Position numbers and translations under genes: made by a program
The notes under the pieces: generated by a model
Database searches by the model: none
What the model saw: the letters and a program-made list of their open reading frames with translations, nothing else
What the model was told of the DNA's origin: nothing
Shown here: piece by piece, positions 1 through 10,320 of the stretch
How positions within the stretch are numbered: the stretch's first letter is position 1
Layout: every line of letters starts with the position of its first letter
NCBI RefSeq assembly: GCF_018977255.1
Contig: NW_024704743.1
Coordinates: 52,206,001 to 52,270,000 of the forward strand
Direction: 5' to 3'
Length of the DNA stretch: 64,000 bases
From: Callorhinchus milii
Lineage: Eukaryota

Positions 1-673
1 TGCAATACTGAACAAGGATTAACCCAGGTACCTGACAATCACCATCATGGGAACATACTCATGCAACATTCTAGTTACTGTGAAGCACTGTACTGTTTGA
101 ACACTATTTTTACCCATTAATTAGCAATCATAATGAAACACAGGAAAACCAAGTTAAGATCAAAACAATTGTCTGCCTTGGGAATAACAAACTAATGAGC
201 CAAAAAAATTAACAAAAAACATGAATTTTTGTGTGGATTTCCTATCATTGGATGTCACTTTGTAAATACACTCTACATTAACGCAGCAGGAGACGAGCAC
301 AAGTACATCACAAGATGGACAATACAGTGCTTAAGTAATTCATCACATGACCAGCAGCACCTCCAAGTTTCCAATGTAAATTCCTGAAGGTGAGCAACTA
401 TTTTGGCAGAATATATATTTTTTTAAAAAATCAGATATCTTAAAGAATCCTCCAGTCATTCGTCATCACTTTTTTATGCAATGCTCCTTATAACATAACC
501 TAAAAAGGCCGAAACAAAATACCAACTATAGAATTCACCACACAATGCAAGGTCATGCTTATATTTCATATAAATAATGGGGGCTGCATATATAGCTCCG
601 ATTGATAACTAGCTGAATGTTGATGCTCAAGTTTACCATCTTACTCTCATAACTAGCATCTCAGAATACTAAC

Positions 674-727
674 CTCTTTCTGCCGTCCAACAAACCTAAC
701 TTTTCTGTAGTCCGCCTCATCATAAAC
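674..727 (-). CDS. NDUFS6: NADH:ubiquinone oxidoreductase subunit S6, coding exon 2 (54 bp); gene continues off the left edge
   Basis: Minus strand reads ...ctacctcag|GTT TAT GAT GAG GCG GAC TAC AGA AAA GTT AGG TTT GTT GGA CGG CAG AAA GAG|gttagt = VYDEADYRKVRFVGRQKE. This matches vertebrate NDUFS6 (human VYDDKDYRRIRFVGRQKE), with canonical AG/GT, phase 0, in frame with exon 1. Not in the ORF track. Confidence 0.96.
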
Positions 728-1367
728 CTGAGGTAGTAGACAAAACATATAGAGATTAGAAAGATTATCTGTGAACATGAAATATCATGGATTTTAAAAC
801 AGTTTGTAAGATTCTGGAGAAAGCATTTCATTGAACTAAATTGGTTAATGCAGTAACTGTAATTATTACAAACAAAACTATCCAGTCAAAACTCAAATTC
901 CATCCTTGGAGTTCAGCAGAGAGGTTATTTCTAAGCCATCTTTCAAAATGGTGAAAACTTGAGTTTGAGCAGAAAATTTCCTGTGACAAGAGATCTGTAA
1001 GAAAACTGATAAGATCTGACTATACCGAGGGTAGCAATGGTGGCAATTAATACCATTCGACAGACTCAATAGTTCGTGCTCATGTAGCTATGGAATGCAT
1101 TGAGATAAGGTAACCTATGTTCACCCGGAAAACTAACACTCTACCACCCAACACGGTGCATCATTGCCTGCTGTCATTTTCAAAGAAGATCTCAGCTCCT
1201 CCTCCAAATGGATTGCAGTGCTACCATTCTTCAGGAAGTTTCTGGTTCAATTTGCCCAACATTGTGCCACCAATAAAATATGGAATTTCCTTATTCCACC
1301 ATCCATTTTACAAAAGCTTTTTATAGAATCATCTTCCATTTCATCTATATTGGCCAAATATAATGAA

Positions 1368-1597
1368 TCAGCCTGCCTTAGTTAGTAGCACTCTCTCCTC
1401 CAAGTCAGAAGGTTGTAGGTTCAAACCACATATTAAGTTTTGAACTCACACATTCGAGGCTGACAGTCCAATACACTGCTGTGGAAGCTCTGCATTATCG
1501 GAGGGACCATTCTTCGGATGACACATTAAACTGAGATCTCATCTGCTCATTTGAGTACACATTAAAAGATCACTTGGCATCACTACTCGAAAAAAGA
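1368..1597 (+). mobile_element. Deu-domain SINE, 5' part
   Basis: tRNA-like head then GGAGG..CC.TTCTTCGGATGACACATTAAACTGAG...AAAGATC...GGCA.CACTA, a Deu-core-like sequence shared with many copies in the window. Confidence 0.75.
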
Positions 1598-1790
1598 ATT
1601 ATTTTAAAATTAAATTTTAAATGTTGTTCTACATTTCAATACATTCCAAAGTCTGGGCAGGGCTTATTGTTTAGAGAAGTGATTATGTGACAAAAATGAG
1701 CACCAATACGTTGATAGCTGTGAGTGTCCCAGGCACGTCACATTTAGTGACAGACCTGGGCACTGAGAATTTAGTTTGTGTCCTCATAGC

Positions 1791-2099
1791 AGTCCTGTAG
1801 CTCAGTGGTTAGAGCACTCGCTTTGCAAGCGAAACACCTGGGTTTAATTCCAGGCAGAACGAAACTTTGGGCAAGTTTCCTTACTCCACACGCCTAATAA
1901 TAATCCCTCCAAAACAAAACAATAATAAATTGGTCATTTTCAATCCACAACTGTTTGTGGGACACTGCTGTGCGCAATTGGCTGCCGCGTTCGCCCACAA
2001 ATATACAGTCAATTCACTTTGCAGCATATTCTGTGAAGCGCTTTGAGACGTCGAGGAGACATGAAAAGCGCTATATCAAATGCAAGGATTATTATTATT
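1791..2099 (+). mobile_element. tRNA(Ala-like)-derived SINE, short variant
   Basis: A-box TAGCTCAGTGG, TGC anticodon-like loop, B-box-like GGTTTAATTCC, 3' stem-loop and (ATT)n tail; flanking duplication ATAGC at 1786-1790 and 2100-2104. Confidence 0.92.
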
Positions 2100-2444
2100 A
2101 TAGCTTATTTAAACATTGTCTTTAAAGATACTTACAAGTTATATTGCCATTTTAGAAAAAGAACTAGTGAAAGTATTCCCATGCTAACTGCATTGTGTTT
2201 CACAGGTTTACAAGACACCTTTCTATTTGTGCGTATATATTTTATACAGTAAACAACAACAACAATTTGCAGTTATATAGCGCCCTCCACCAGGTTAGTG
2301 TCTCAGAGTGCTTAAACAAAGATATCTGCTAGCTCCTTCTTTTGTAGCGTTTGTCGTCCAATAAAAACAGTGATTTTTCGCATATCACAAAAGAATTTCC
2401 ACTTTCTGATCAAATGTAATGTTCTGTATACTCTCCTGTTAAAA

Positions 2445-2830
2445 ATAATAATAGTCCTTGCATTTGATATAGCGACTAATCATGCCTTTGAGAGGTCTCA
2501 AAGCGCTTCACAGAATACACTGTAGAGTGAATTAACTGTATATTTTGTGGGCCAAAGCCGGCAACCAATTGCAGACAGTAATATCCCACAATCAGACATG
2601 GATTGAGTGACCAAATTTTTTTTTGAAGGGATTATTATCCCCGGAAAGCGATCTGCCAATCGACTAACAATTGGGTTCCTACTTACTGCTAGGTAAACAG
2701 AGGTATGTGGAGTAACAACAACAACATTTTGTATAGCGCCTTTCACGTCGGGAGGACTTACTTGAAAGGAAACTTACTGCCCGGGAATTGAACCTGGGTC
2801 CTATCGCTTGCAAGGTGAGTGCTCTAACCA
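2445..2830 (-). mobile_element. tRNA(Ala-like)-derived SINE, long variant, interrupted by a ~45-bp L2 tail (2714-2757)
   Basis: Reverse complement matches the 8564 copy, including its ~65-bp extra segment. Confidence 0.85.
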
Positions 2831-4709
2831 ATACACTGTCACAGAAATAGGATATGAAACCTTCTTGTGTCAAAATAACTATTCCTGTTTATTTCATGGA
2901 TTTTTTGGTGTTGCATTTAATATAATTATGGAAAATAGGCATTGCAAATTAATTGCAGGTGTCAGAAGATGGCTCAGGATTTAAACTGGTAAATGTGGTT
3001 AAGATGAGTAAATATCAATTCAAAATTTAATTTCCTGCTCAATCATTCTGGGAGATCTGCATTGTTCAGCGGTGCTGTCACCAGACCATTCAAACAGTGC
3101 TCACGGCAGTACAGCAATTGTGCACTCTGCACTATATTTTGTAGATATAGCGCACAGTTTCAAAAATACCAACATTCCAAACCTGAGAAGAATATAATAA
3201 ATAGTGTGAAATGAAAATACGCTTGTAATCCTTTAAGCTTTTGGCAAAAGACCTTTCTTCAATGGAAAGCAGTGAATACAAATACACTGTTCTTACTGAA
3301 GCTTTTAGACCATAACATAATTGACTATATTGTTCTGCATTAGAATAACTAGAAGTTTCAACAAGTGGATTACATGTTTTAGCAAGTACAAGATTATAAA
3401 AGGAAGAATCTGGAAGTTAGCACATTTCTTTCCTCCACTGTAAGAACACAATATGTGCAAACATTACATGATCCTAATCTAAGGGTTTGTATAATTAATT
3501 CTTTTTTATCAAAAATCTCATTTTGTTTTTTTTTAAAAAATAGTTTCCTTGAAAGTTTGGAAAGTTTATCAGAGACAGTGAAAGTCCTAAATTTGATTTC
3601 CAGTTTGCACTGTTAACATAATTTTAGTCAAAGGTGACAGAAGGGGCACTACAATTGGTCGTAACAGCTCAATCCATTTTTTCTATTATTACATTCTTTT
3701 CATTTTAAATTTTGTTAAATTCTTGTGTTATATTTTATTATATTAAGGTTTGGAATACTGGTATTTTGAATTAATAATTAAGTTAAGGTGAAGGTGAAAG
3801 TTAACCAGAGTTATCCAGCAACTTTGGCTGGAGATACTCATGTATACAGGTCAATTGAGAACAGAATTGGGCTCAGTTGTAAAGCCAAATACCATTGAAT
3901 GTGCTGACACTCATTGTCAATGTTTATAGATGAGAAGGTACTGTAACAGACTTCAAATTTACAGTACTAACATTTGATCAAAGACGGAGCGCTGAGGTTC
4001 AGTGCTCACGTGGTCTGGGATTAGGACTTCAATCTGATCCATAATGATGGAAGACAAGTCTTCTCTCAATCCTCTCCAACTGTGTCACTCCAAGTGAGTT
4101 TATACTTTAAATCCAGTTGAGAGTGAGAGCATTTCAACAGCACAAAAAGGTAACCAACAACAATTTGCACTTATACAGCACCCTCCACGCAGGGCAGCGT
4201 CTCAGAGCGCTTAAACCACATACTGTCATTAATTGCCAACTCCACTCAGAGATACCATATTGATGACTATCGAAAAAATATCATTCTGGTGAGTGTTGCA
4301 TATATCAGAGTTACTCTTCTGCAAATACCAACTGGAAAGTGTATGTGGTATCAAATCCATGCTATACCTCACCTGGATGTGGCAAATATTGGCAATAGAT
4401 ATCAGAAGTACAATACAAAATGATAATACAAAACTACATTTGTATAGCGCCTTTCACGTCAGTAGGAAGTCCCAAGTAGAATACAAATGAACAGAAGAAA
4501 ACATTTGAAACTGTCTTTATGTATATCAGTTGAAGAGCTCTCCAATGAAATAAAGCTCATCCCCCTCCTCCCCTGGAACTAATCTGTTCACAGCCCACAA
4601 ATGTACAATTTATAGGATAGCTTTTCAACTTCCCCATTTAAGGTATCAGTACTTCAAACAACTTTTACATTATCTATACTGAATATAAACATTTATATAT
4701 ATTATATAC

Positions 4710-5197
4710 ATATAGGAACATAGAAACAGGAGTAGGCCATTCAGCCCCTCGAGCCTATTCCGCCATTCTATAAGATCATCGCTGATCTGTACCTCAATAC
4801 CAATTACCCATCTTTGCTGCATATCAATTGATACCCTTACCTAACAAAAATGTATCCACTTTGATCTTGAAAATTTGAATGGATCCAGCACCCACAGCCT
4901 TTTTGGGGAGAGAGTTCCAGTTTCCCACCATTCTTTGGGTGAAAAAATGCCTCCTGATTTCACTCCTAAATGGTCTAGTTCTAATTTTAGGATTATTCCC
5001 CCTTGTTTTGGATTCCCCCACCAGAGGAAATAGTTTCTCTGTCGCTACCCTATTAAATCCCTTTATTATTTTAAACCCCTCAATCAGATCACTCCTCAAC
5101 CTTCTAAACTCAAGGGAATAGAGACCAGGTTTATGCAACTTGTCCTCACAATTCAACCCTTTGAGCGGTGGTATCATTTTGGTGAATCTGCGCTTGG
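4710..5197 (-). mobile_element. CR1 LINE 3' fragment
   Basis: Minus ORF has LYSLEFRRLRSDLIEGFKII...FFTQRMVGNWNSLP (CR1 ORF2 C-terminus), followed by a CR1-type 3' UTR. Confidence 0.92.
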
Positions 5198-5497
5198 CAG
5201 ACACCGGCCTGCTTCAGGTCCCTCGCACTTCCCACCCCACCATTGATGGTCGGGCATTCAGCATCCACACTGCTAGAATTTCTTCGCCTCATCCCCTCTC
5301 TTGCCTCCTTCAAATCTCATCGAAAAACCTTCCTCTTCGATCGTTCCTTCGACCGCCCTCCCACCCCCACTGCCCTCCTCCCCTCCGGACCCCAACACCC
5401 AGCTCGGGTCCAAAAAGCCCTGACTGTCTATCTAGCGCCCTGGGACATCTTCCCGATGTGAAGGGCGCCATACAAGTGTAATTTGTTGTTGTTGTTA
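5198..5497 (+). mobile_element. L2 LINE 3' fragment
   Basis: TGLLQVPRTSHPTIDGRAFS remnant, 3' UTR, stem-loop and (TTG)n tail. Confidence 0.88.
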
Positions 5498-5736
5498 CAC
5501 CAAGCAAACCTCAGGAATCTGCAGCCATTGTGAACCCAGCCATTGTGCGAGATACAGCAAATGGTACATAAATGCACGTTCTGCAGCTGCATTTCTAAAA
5601 ACAAATGATGTCTCACAAGCGAATTCCAAATGAGAATATGCCCTTCAGTCATCAACACAGAGCCGATGGGAAGGAGCAAAGAAAACACACCTCACCCCCT
5701 GTTAGCAATGTCCCATGTACCTCCATCCCCATACAT

Positions 5737-6474
5737 ACCCCCCCCCCCCCCCCCACACACACACCAACCCTCACATCCACACACCCCACACACACCAACC
5801 CCCCCCCCCCCACACACACACCACCCCCCCCCCCCACACACACACACACCAACCCCCCCCCCCACACACACCAACCCCCCCCCCACACACCCCACACACA
5901 CACCAACCCCCCCCACACACCCCACACACACACCAACCCCCCCCCACACACACACCAACCCTCACATCCACACACCCCACACACACACACCAACCCCCCC
6001 CACACACACCAACCCTCACATCCACACACCCCACACACACACCAACCCTCACATCCACACACACCAACCCCCCCCCACACACACACCAACCCTCACATCC
6101 ACACACCCCCAAACACACCAACCCCCCCCCCACACACACCCCACACACACACCAACCCTCACATCCACACACCCCACACACACACCACCCCCCCCCACAC
6201 ACACCACCCCCCCCCCACACACACACACCAACCCCCCCCACACACACACACCAACCCCCCCCCCACACACACACCAACCCCCCCCACACACACACACCAA
6301 CCCTCACATCCACACACCCCACACACACACCAACCCTCACATCCACACACACACCAACCCCCCCCCAACACACACACCAACCCTCACATCCACACACCCC
6401 ACACACACACCAACCCCCCCCCCCACACCAACCCCCCCCCACACACCAACCCCCCCCACACCAACCCCACACAC
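5737..6474. repeat. C/A-rich complex tandem repeat in NDUFS6 intron 1
   Basis: Recurring units CACACACCAACCCTCACATCCACACACCCC and CACACACCAAC(C)n; no G on the plus strand. Confidence 0.95.
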
Positions 6475-6479
6475 TGCTG

Positions 6480-6715
6480 TCGGTGTAGAGCGGCCCCGGG
6501 GTGGGTGGCTCTCGGTACCTGGCCGGTGTGAGTTACTTTCTCCGCTCCCCGCGGGTGGTGAGTGGTGAGGGCCGCGGCCTGGAGCCGGAGGCTGTGCCCG
6601 GGTCGGGCTGTCAGGAGCCGCAGCCGATTACAGCAGCGAACAGCCGCCATCTTACCCCACAGTCACTGCTGACCTTCAACAGCGCCGCCGGGTCCTAGCG
6701 CCGGCCTCCCCCACC
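6480..6715 (-). promoter_or_regulatory. CpG-rich NDUFS6 5' end with a YY1 motif overlapping the start codon
   Basis: High GC/CpG relative to the window. GCCGCCATCTT at 6643-6653 is the YY1 consensus AAGATGGCGGC on the minus strand. Confidence 0.7.
6519..6650 (-). CDS. NDUFS6: NDUFS6 coding exon 1 (132 bp; mitochondrial presequence plus EKVTHTGQ)
   Basis: ATG at 6650 in context AAGATGG. Translates MAAVRCCNRLRLLTARPGHSLRLQAAALTTHHPRGAEKVTHTGQ, ending in the NDUFS6 motif EKVTHTGQ, then donor CAG|GTACCG at 6518. The N-terminus is Arg-rich and acid-free. Confidence 0.95.
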
Positions 6716-6717
6716 CT

Positions 6718-7062
6718 CCCAGTCACTACACTGCACCTGACAGCCCAGTCACTGCACTGCACCTGACAGCCGAGTCACTGCACTGCACCTGACAGCTCAG
6801 TCACTGCACTGTACCTGACAGCCCAGTCACTGCACTGCACCTGACAGCCCAGTCACACTGCACCTGACAGCCCAGTCACTACACTGCACCTGACAGCCCA
6901 GTCACACTGTACCTGACAGCCCAGTCACACTGTACCTGACAGTCCAGTCACTACACTGTAGCTGACAGCCCAGTCACTACACTGTACCTGACAGTCCAGT
7001 CACTGCACTGTACCTGACAGCCCAGTCACACTGTACCTGACAGTCCAGTCACTACACTGTAC
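6718..7062. repeat. 26/23-bp minisatellite
   Basis: Tandem CAGTCACT(G/A)CACTG(C/T)ACCTGACAG(C/T)C with a 3-bp-shorter variant, about 13 units. Confidence 0.95.
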
Positions 7063-7563
7063 ATGCAGTCACATCACATTCAGACACTGGACTGCACCTG
7101 AGCGACATTTCAAAAGGTGTAATTTTCTCAAGTAATCAAGTATCATCTGCCAGACTGACAGGAGTATTTATTGAAAAAAAACACATTTTCTCTTTGCCAC
7201 TTGTGTCTGGTAGATTTGATGGCATCGGTTGATACTGGGATACAGGTAACACATGGGTCTCAGGTTAGCCCAGACATGGGTGTCTTTAAAACAGTGGCAT
7301 GCAATATAATTTAACAAAGATGAGTGATTATTGCTTCTAATGAGAGATAGAGAGACCAGACTCACTACAAAGCTGTTATCACTCCAATATCTGCTGCTCC
7401 ATGCAAATTAGTGCAGTCCAACTTCACATCACCAGCATTTAGGGAGAACTTCATTTCACGCAGTGATTATTAAATTATTTAAAGACTTTATTTATTATTA
7501 TTATTAAAATTATTTATTAACGGTCATTATTAAAGACTTGAATAAATCTTTGCATTGGAGTGC

Positions 7564-8581
7564 AGTCCAGTAGTGTACTGTGGAGTCCTGTAGTGTACTG
7601 TGGAGTCCAGTAGTGTACTGTGGAGTCCAGTAGTGTACTGTGGAGTCCAGTAGTGTACTGTGGAGTCCAGTAGTGTACTGTGGAGTCCAGTAGTGCTGTG
7701 GAGTCCTGTAGTGTACTGTGGAGTCCTGTAGTGTACTGTGGAGTCCAGTAGTGCTGTGGAGTCCTGTAGTGCTGTGGAGTCCTGTAGTGTACTGTGGAGT
7801 CCTGTAGTGTACTGTGGAGTCCTGTAGTGTACTGTGGAGTCCTGTAGTGTACTGTGGAGTCCTGTAGTGCTGTGGAGTCCTGTAGTGTACTGTGGAGTCC
7901 AGTAGTGCTGTGGAGTCCAGTAGTGTACTGTGGAGTCCAGTAGTGCTGTGGAGTCCAGTAGTGTACTGTGGAGTCCTGTAGTGTACTGTGGAGTACTGTA
8001 GTGCTGTGGAGTCCTGTAGTGTACTGTGGAGTCCTATAGTGTACTGTGGAGTCCAGTAGTGCTGTGGAGTCCTGTAGTGTACTGTGGAGTCCTGTAGTGT
8101 ACTGTGGAGTCCAGTAGTGCTGTGGAGTCCTGTAGTGTACTGTGGAGTCCTGTAGTGTACTGTGGAGTCCTGTAGTGTACTGTGGAGTCCTGTAGTGTAC
8201 TGTGGAGTCCTGTAGTGCTGTGGAGTCCTGTAGTGTACTGTGGAGTCCAGTAGTGCTGTGGAGTCCAGTAGTGTACTGTGGAGTCCAGTAGTGCTGTGGA
8301 GTCCAGTAGTGTACTGTGGAGTCCTGTAGTGTACTGTGGAGTACTGTAGTGCTGTGGAGTCCTGTAGTGTACTGTGGAGTCCAGTAGTGCTGTGGAGTCC
8401 AGTAGTGCTGTGGAGTCCAGTAGTGTACTGTGGAGTCCAGTAGTGCTGTGGAGTCCAGTAGTGTACTGTGGAGTCCTGTAGTGTACTGTGGAGTCCAGTA
8501 GTGCTGTGGAGTCCAGTAGTGTACTGTGGAGTCCAGTAGTGCTGTGGAGTCCTGTAGTGTACTGTGGAGTCCTGTAGTGTA
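7564..8581 (+). repeat. 20/18-bp minisatellite derived from a SINE 5' end
   Basis: Units GTGGAGTCC(A/T)GTAGTGTACT and GTGGAGTCC(A/T)GTAGTGCT; about 1 kb, running directly into the SINE at 8564. Confidence 0.95.
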
Positions 8582-8940
8582 TGGGTTGGAGCATTTGCCT
8601 TGCAAGCGAGGACCTGGGTTTGATTCCCGGCAGAGCCAAACGTTGGGCAAGTTTCCTTACCCCACGCGCCTGTTTACCCAGCATTAAATAGGAACCCGGT
8701 TGTTAGTCGATTGGCGGATCGCTTTTCCGGGGGGAAATAATCCTTTTTAAAAAATAAATTGGGTCACTTAATCAATCCACGACTGTTTGTGAGACGCTGC
8801 TGCGCGCAAGTGGCTGCCGCGTTTCTCCCACAAAATCTACAGTCAATTCCCTTTTGCAGTGTATTCTGTGAAGCGCTTTGCGACGTCTCGGAGCTGTGAT
8901 AAGGCCAAGACTATACGGAACGCGAGGATTATTATTATTG
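8564..8940 (+). mobile_element. tRNA(Ala-like)-derived SINE, long variant
   Basis: Begins GTGGAGTCCTGTAG like the copies at 15755 and 62556; has a B-box, the extra segment 8672-8735 and an (ATT)n tail. Confidence 0.9.
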
Positions 8941-8941
8941 T

Positions 8942-9127
8942 TTGTGGCGGGAGGTAAGCGCAGACGGGCTCTAGGACCCGGCGGCGCCGGCACTCGCTGC
9001 TCCTCAATGTCACTGGCGGCATTTCCCGGCGTCCCTCGCTGGCGCAGCGGTTGCCGCCCGCGCATGCGTGTCGGCGTCAGTCTCGGTGGCTGTTGAGGGC
9101 AACGGAGGAAGCGGCAGGTGGGTGAGG
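8942..9127 (+). promoter_or_regulatory. CpG-rich MRPL36 promoter and probable non-coding first exon
   Basis: CpG-dense. NRF1-type GCGCATGCGT at 9060-9069; candidate donors CAG|GTGGGT (9118) and TGG|GTGAGG (9122). It is the only CpG island upstream of the MRPL36 acceptor. Confidence 0.65.
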
Positions 9128-9188
9128 GTACCACGTCACAATGGAAGCCGGTCTGGCGCTCACTGGCACCTGGAGGTTGTTACCAGGG

Positions 9189-9325
9189 AGACCGAGAGAG
9201 GCCCGAGGCCTGGGCAGCGCCTCCGCCACAGTGACAGAGAGAGAGAGAGAGAGACCGGGGCAGCGCCTCCGCCACAGTGACAGAGAGAGAGAGAGAGACC
9301 GGGGCAGAGCCTCCGCCACAGTGAC
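9189..9325. repeat. ~40-bp GA-rich minisatellite, left part
   Basis: GACCGGGGCAG(C/A)GCCTCCGCCACAGTGACA(GA)n units. Confidence 0.9.
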
Positions 9326-10320
9326 AACAACCACAACAACGCTGAGCAGTCAGGTGTCGGGGCCCGAGCATGGGGGGGAGGGGTGGTGTAGGGGTGAGGG
9401 AAGGCAGAGAGGTGGGAGGGAGACCAAAGGAACGGTCGAAGAGAAGGGTCTTGAGACCACGACCTTGAAGGAGGCACAGGGGGGAAGAGAGGCGAAGGGA
9501 CCGTGGGATGGAGTTCCAGAGTGTGGGGGCAGAGAGGCTGAAAGCCCGGCCACTGATGGTAGGGCGGGTCAGGCGGGAGACATGGAGCAGGGCCGGAGCC
9601 CACTGACCGGAGGGAGTGGGCAGGTTGGTAGGGAGTTAGCAGGTCAGAGAGGTAGGAGGGGGCAACGCCATGGAGGGCCTTATAGGTGAGGACGAGGATC
9701 TTGAACTCGATCCTCTGGGGGATGGGGAGCCAGTGGAGTTGGGAGAGGGTGGGAGTGATGGGGTCACGGAGTCTGGTGCGTGAGAGTACATGAGCTGCAG
9801 AGCTTTGGATGATCTGCAGCTTGTGAAGGGAAGGGTTGGGAAGGCCGATGAGGAGGGAGTTCCCGTAATCGAGCCTTGATGTGACAAATGTGTGGGTGAG
9901 GGTTTGGGCAGCCTGAGGGGTGAGGCAGTGGCGGAGTCTGGCAATGTTGCGGAGGTGGTGGTAGGCAGTTCCGGTCATGGCGCGGATGTGGGGGAGAAAG
10001 GACAGTTCAGGGTCAAACAAGACACCCAGGTCCTGACTGGCTTAGTGAGGTTGAGTGTGCAGCCGTGGAGGCTGATGCTGCCAGCGCCTGAGGTGCGGGA
10101 GCGGTGGCACGTGCCAATCGGGAGGGCCTCGGTCTTGCTGACGTTGAGTTGGAGAAAGTTGGCCCTCGTCCAGGACTTGGATGTCGGACAGGCAGTCGGT
10201 CAGGACGCCAGTGGTCCTGGAGTTCAGGGTGGAGGCAGAGAGGTAGAGTTGGGTGTCATCCGCCTTCATGTGGAAATTTACCCCATGTCTGCGGATGATG
10301 TCACCAAGCGGGAGCATATA
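9326..10320 (-). mobile_element. L2 LINE 3' ~1 kb inserted in a minisatellite in the MRPL36 intron
   Basis: [26 protein letters not shown] and ITPTLSQLHWLPIPQRIEFKILVLTYKALHG: L2-clade RT/C-terminus. Confidence 0.95.

Noticed and set aside
1791..1860. tRNA-Ala(TGC) gene (also at 15755, 41390, 55980, 62556)
   Set aside because: tRNA-like heads run into SINE bodies with tails and TSDs; no proper acceptor stem or T-run terminator.
6384..6518. C-terminal half of the 88-aa ORF 6384..6650
   Set aside because: Read-through past the NDUFS6 exon 1 donor into intronic repeat.
5605..6568. Long Pro/His/Thr-rich and Gly/Val/Cys-rich ORFs
   Set aside because: Translations of a C/A tandem repeat that lacks stops in nearly every frame; it lies in NDUFS6 intron 1.
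7517..8684. 377-aa and 216-aa repetitive ORFs; CRISPR-like appearance of the array
   Set aside because: Minisatellite plus SINE head. Units are contiguous with no unique spacers, there are no cas genes, and the context is vertebrate.
9160..10020. 286-aa ORF (and 30645..31541, 56650..57333) as host genes
   Set aside because: 5'-truncated L2 ORF2 remnants with frameshifts; no intact autonomous element.
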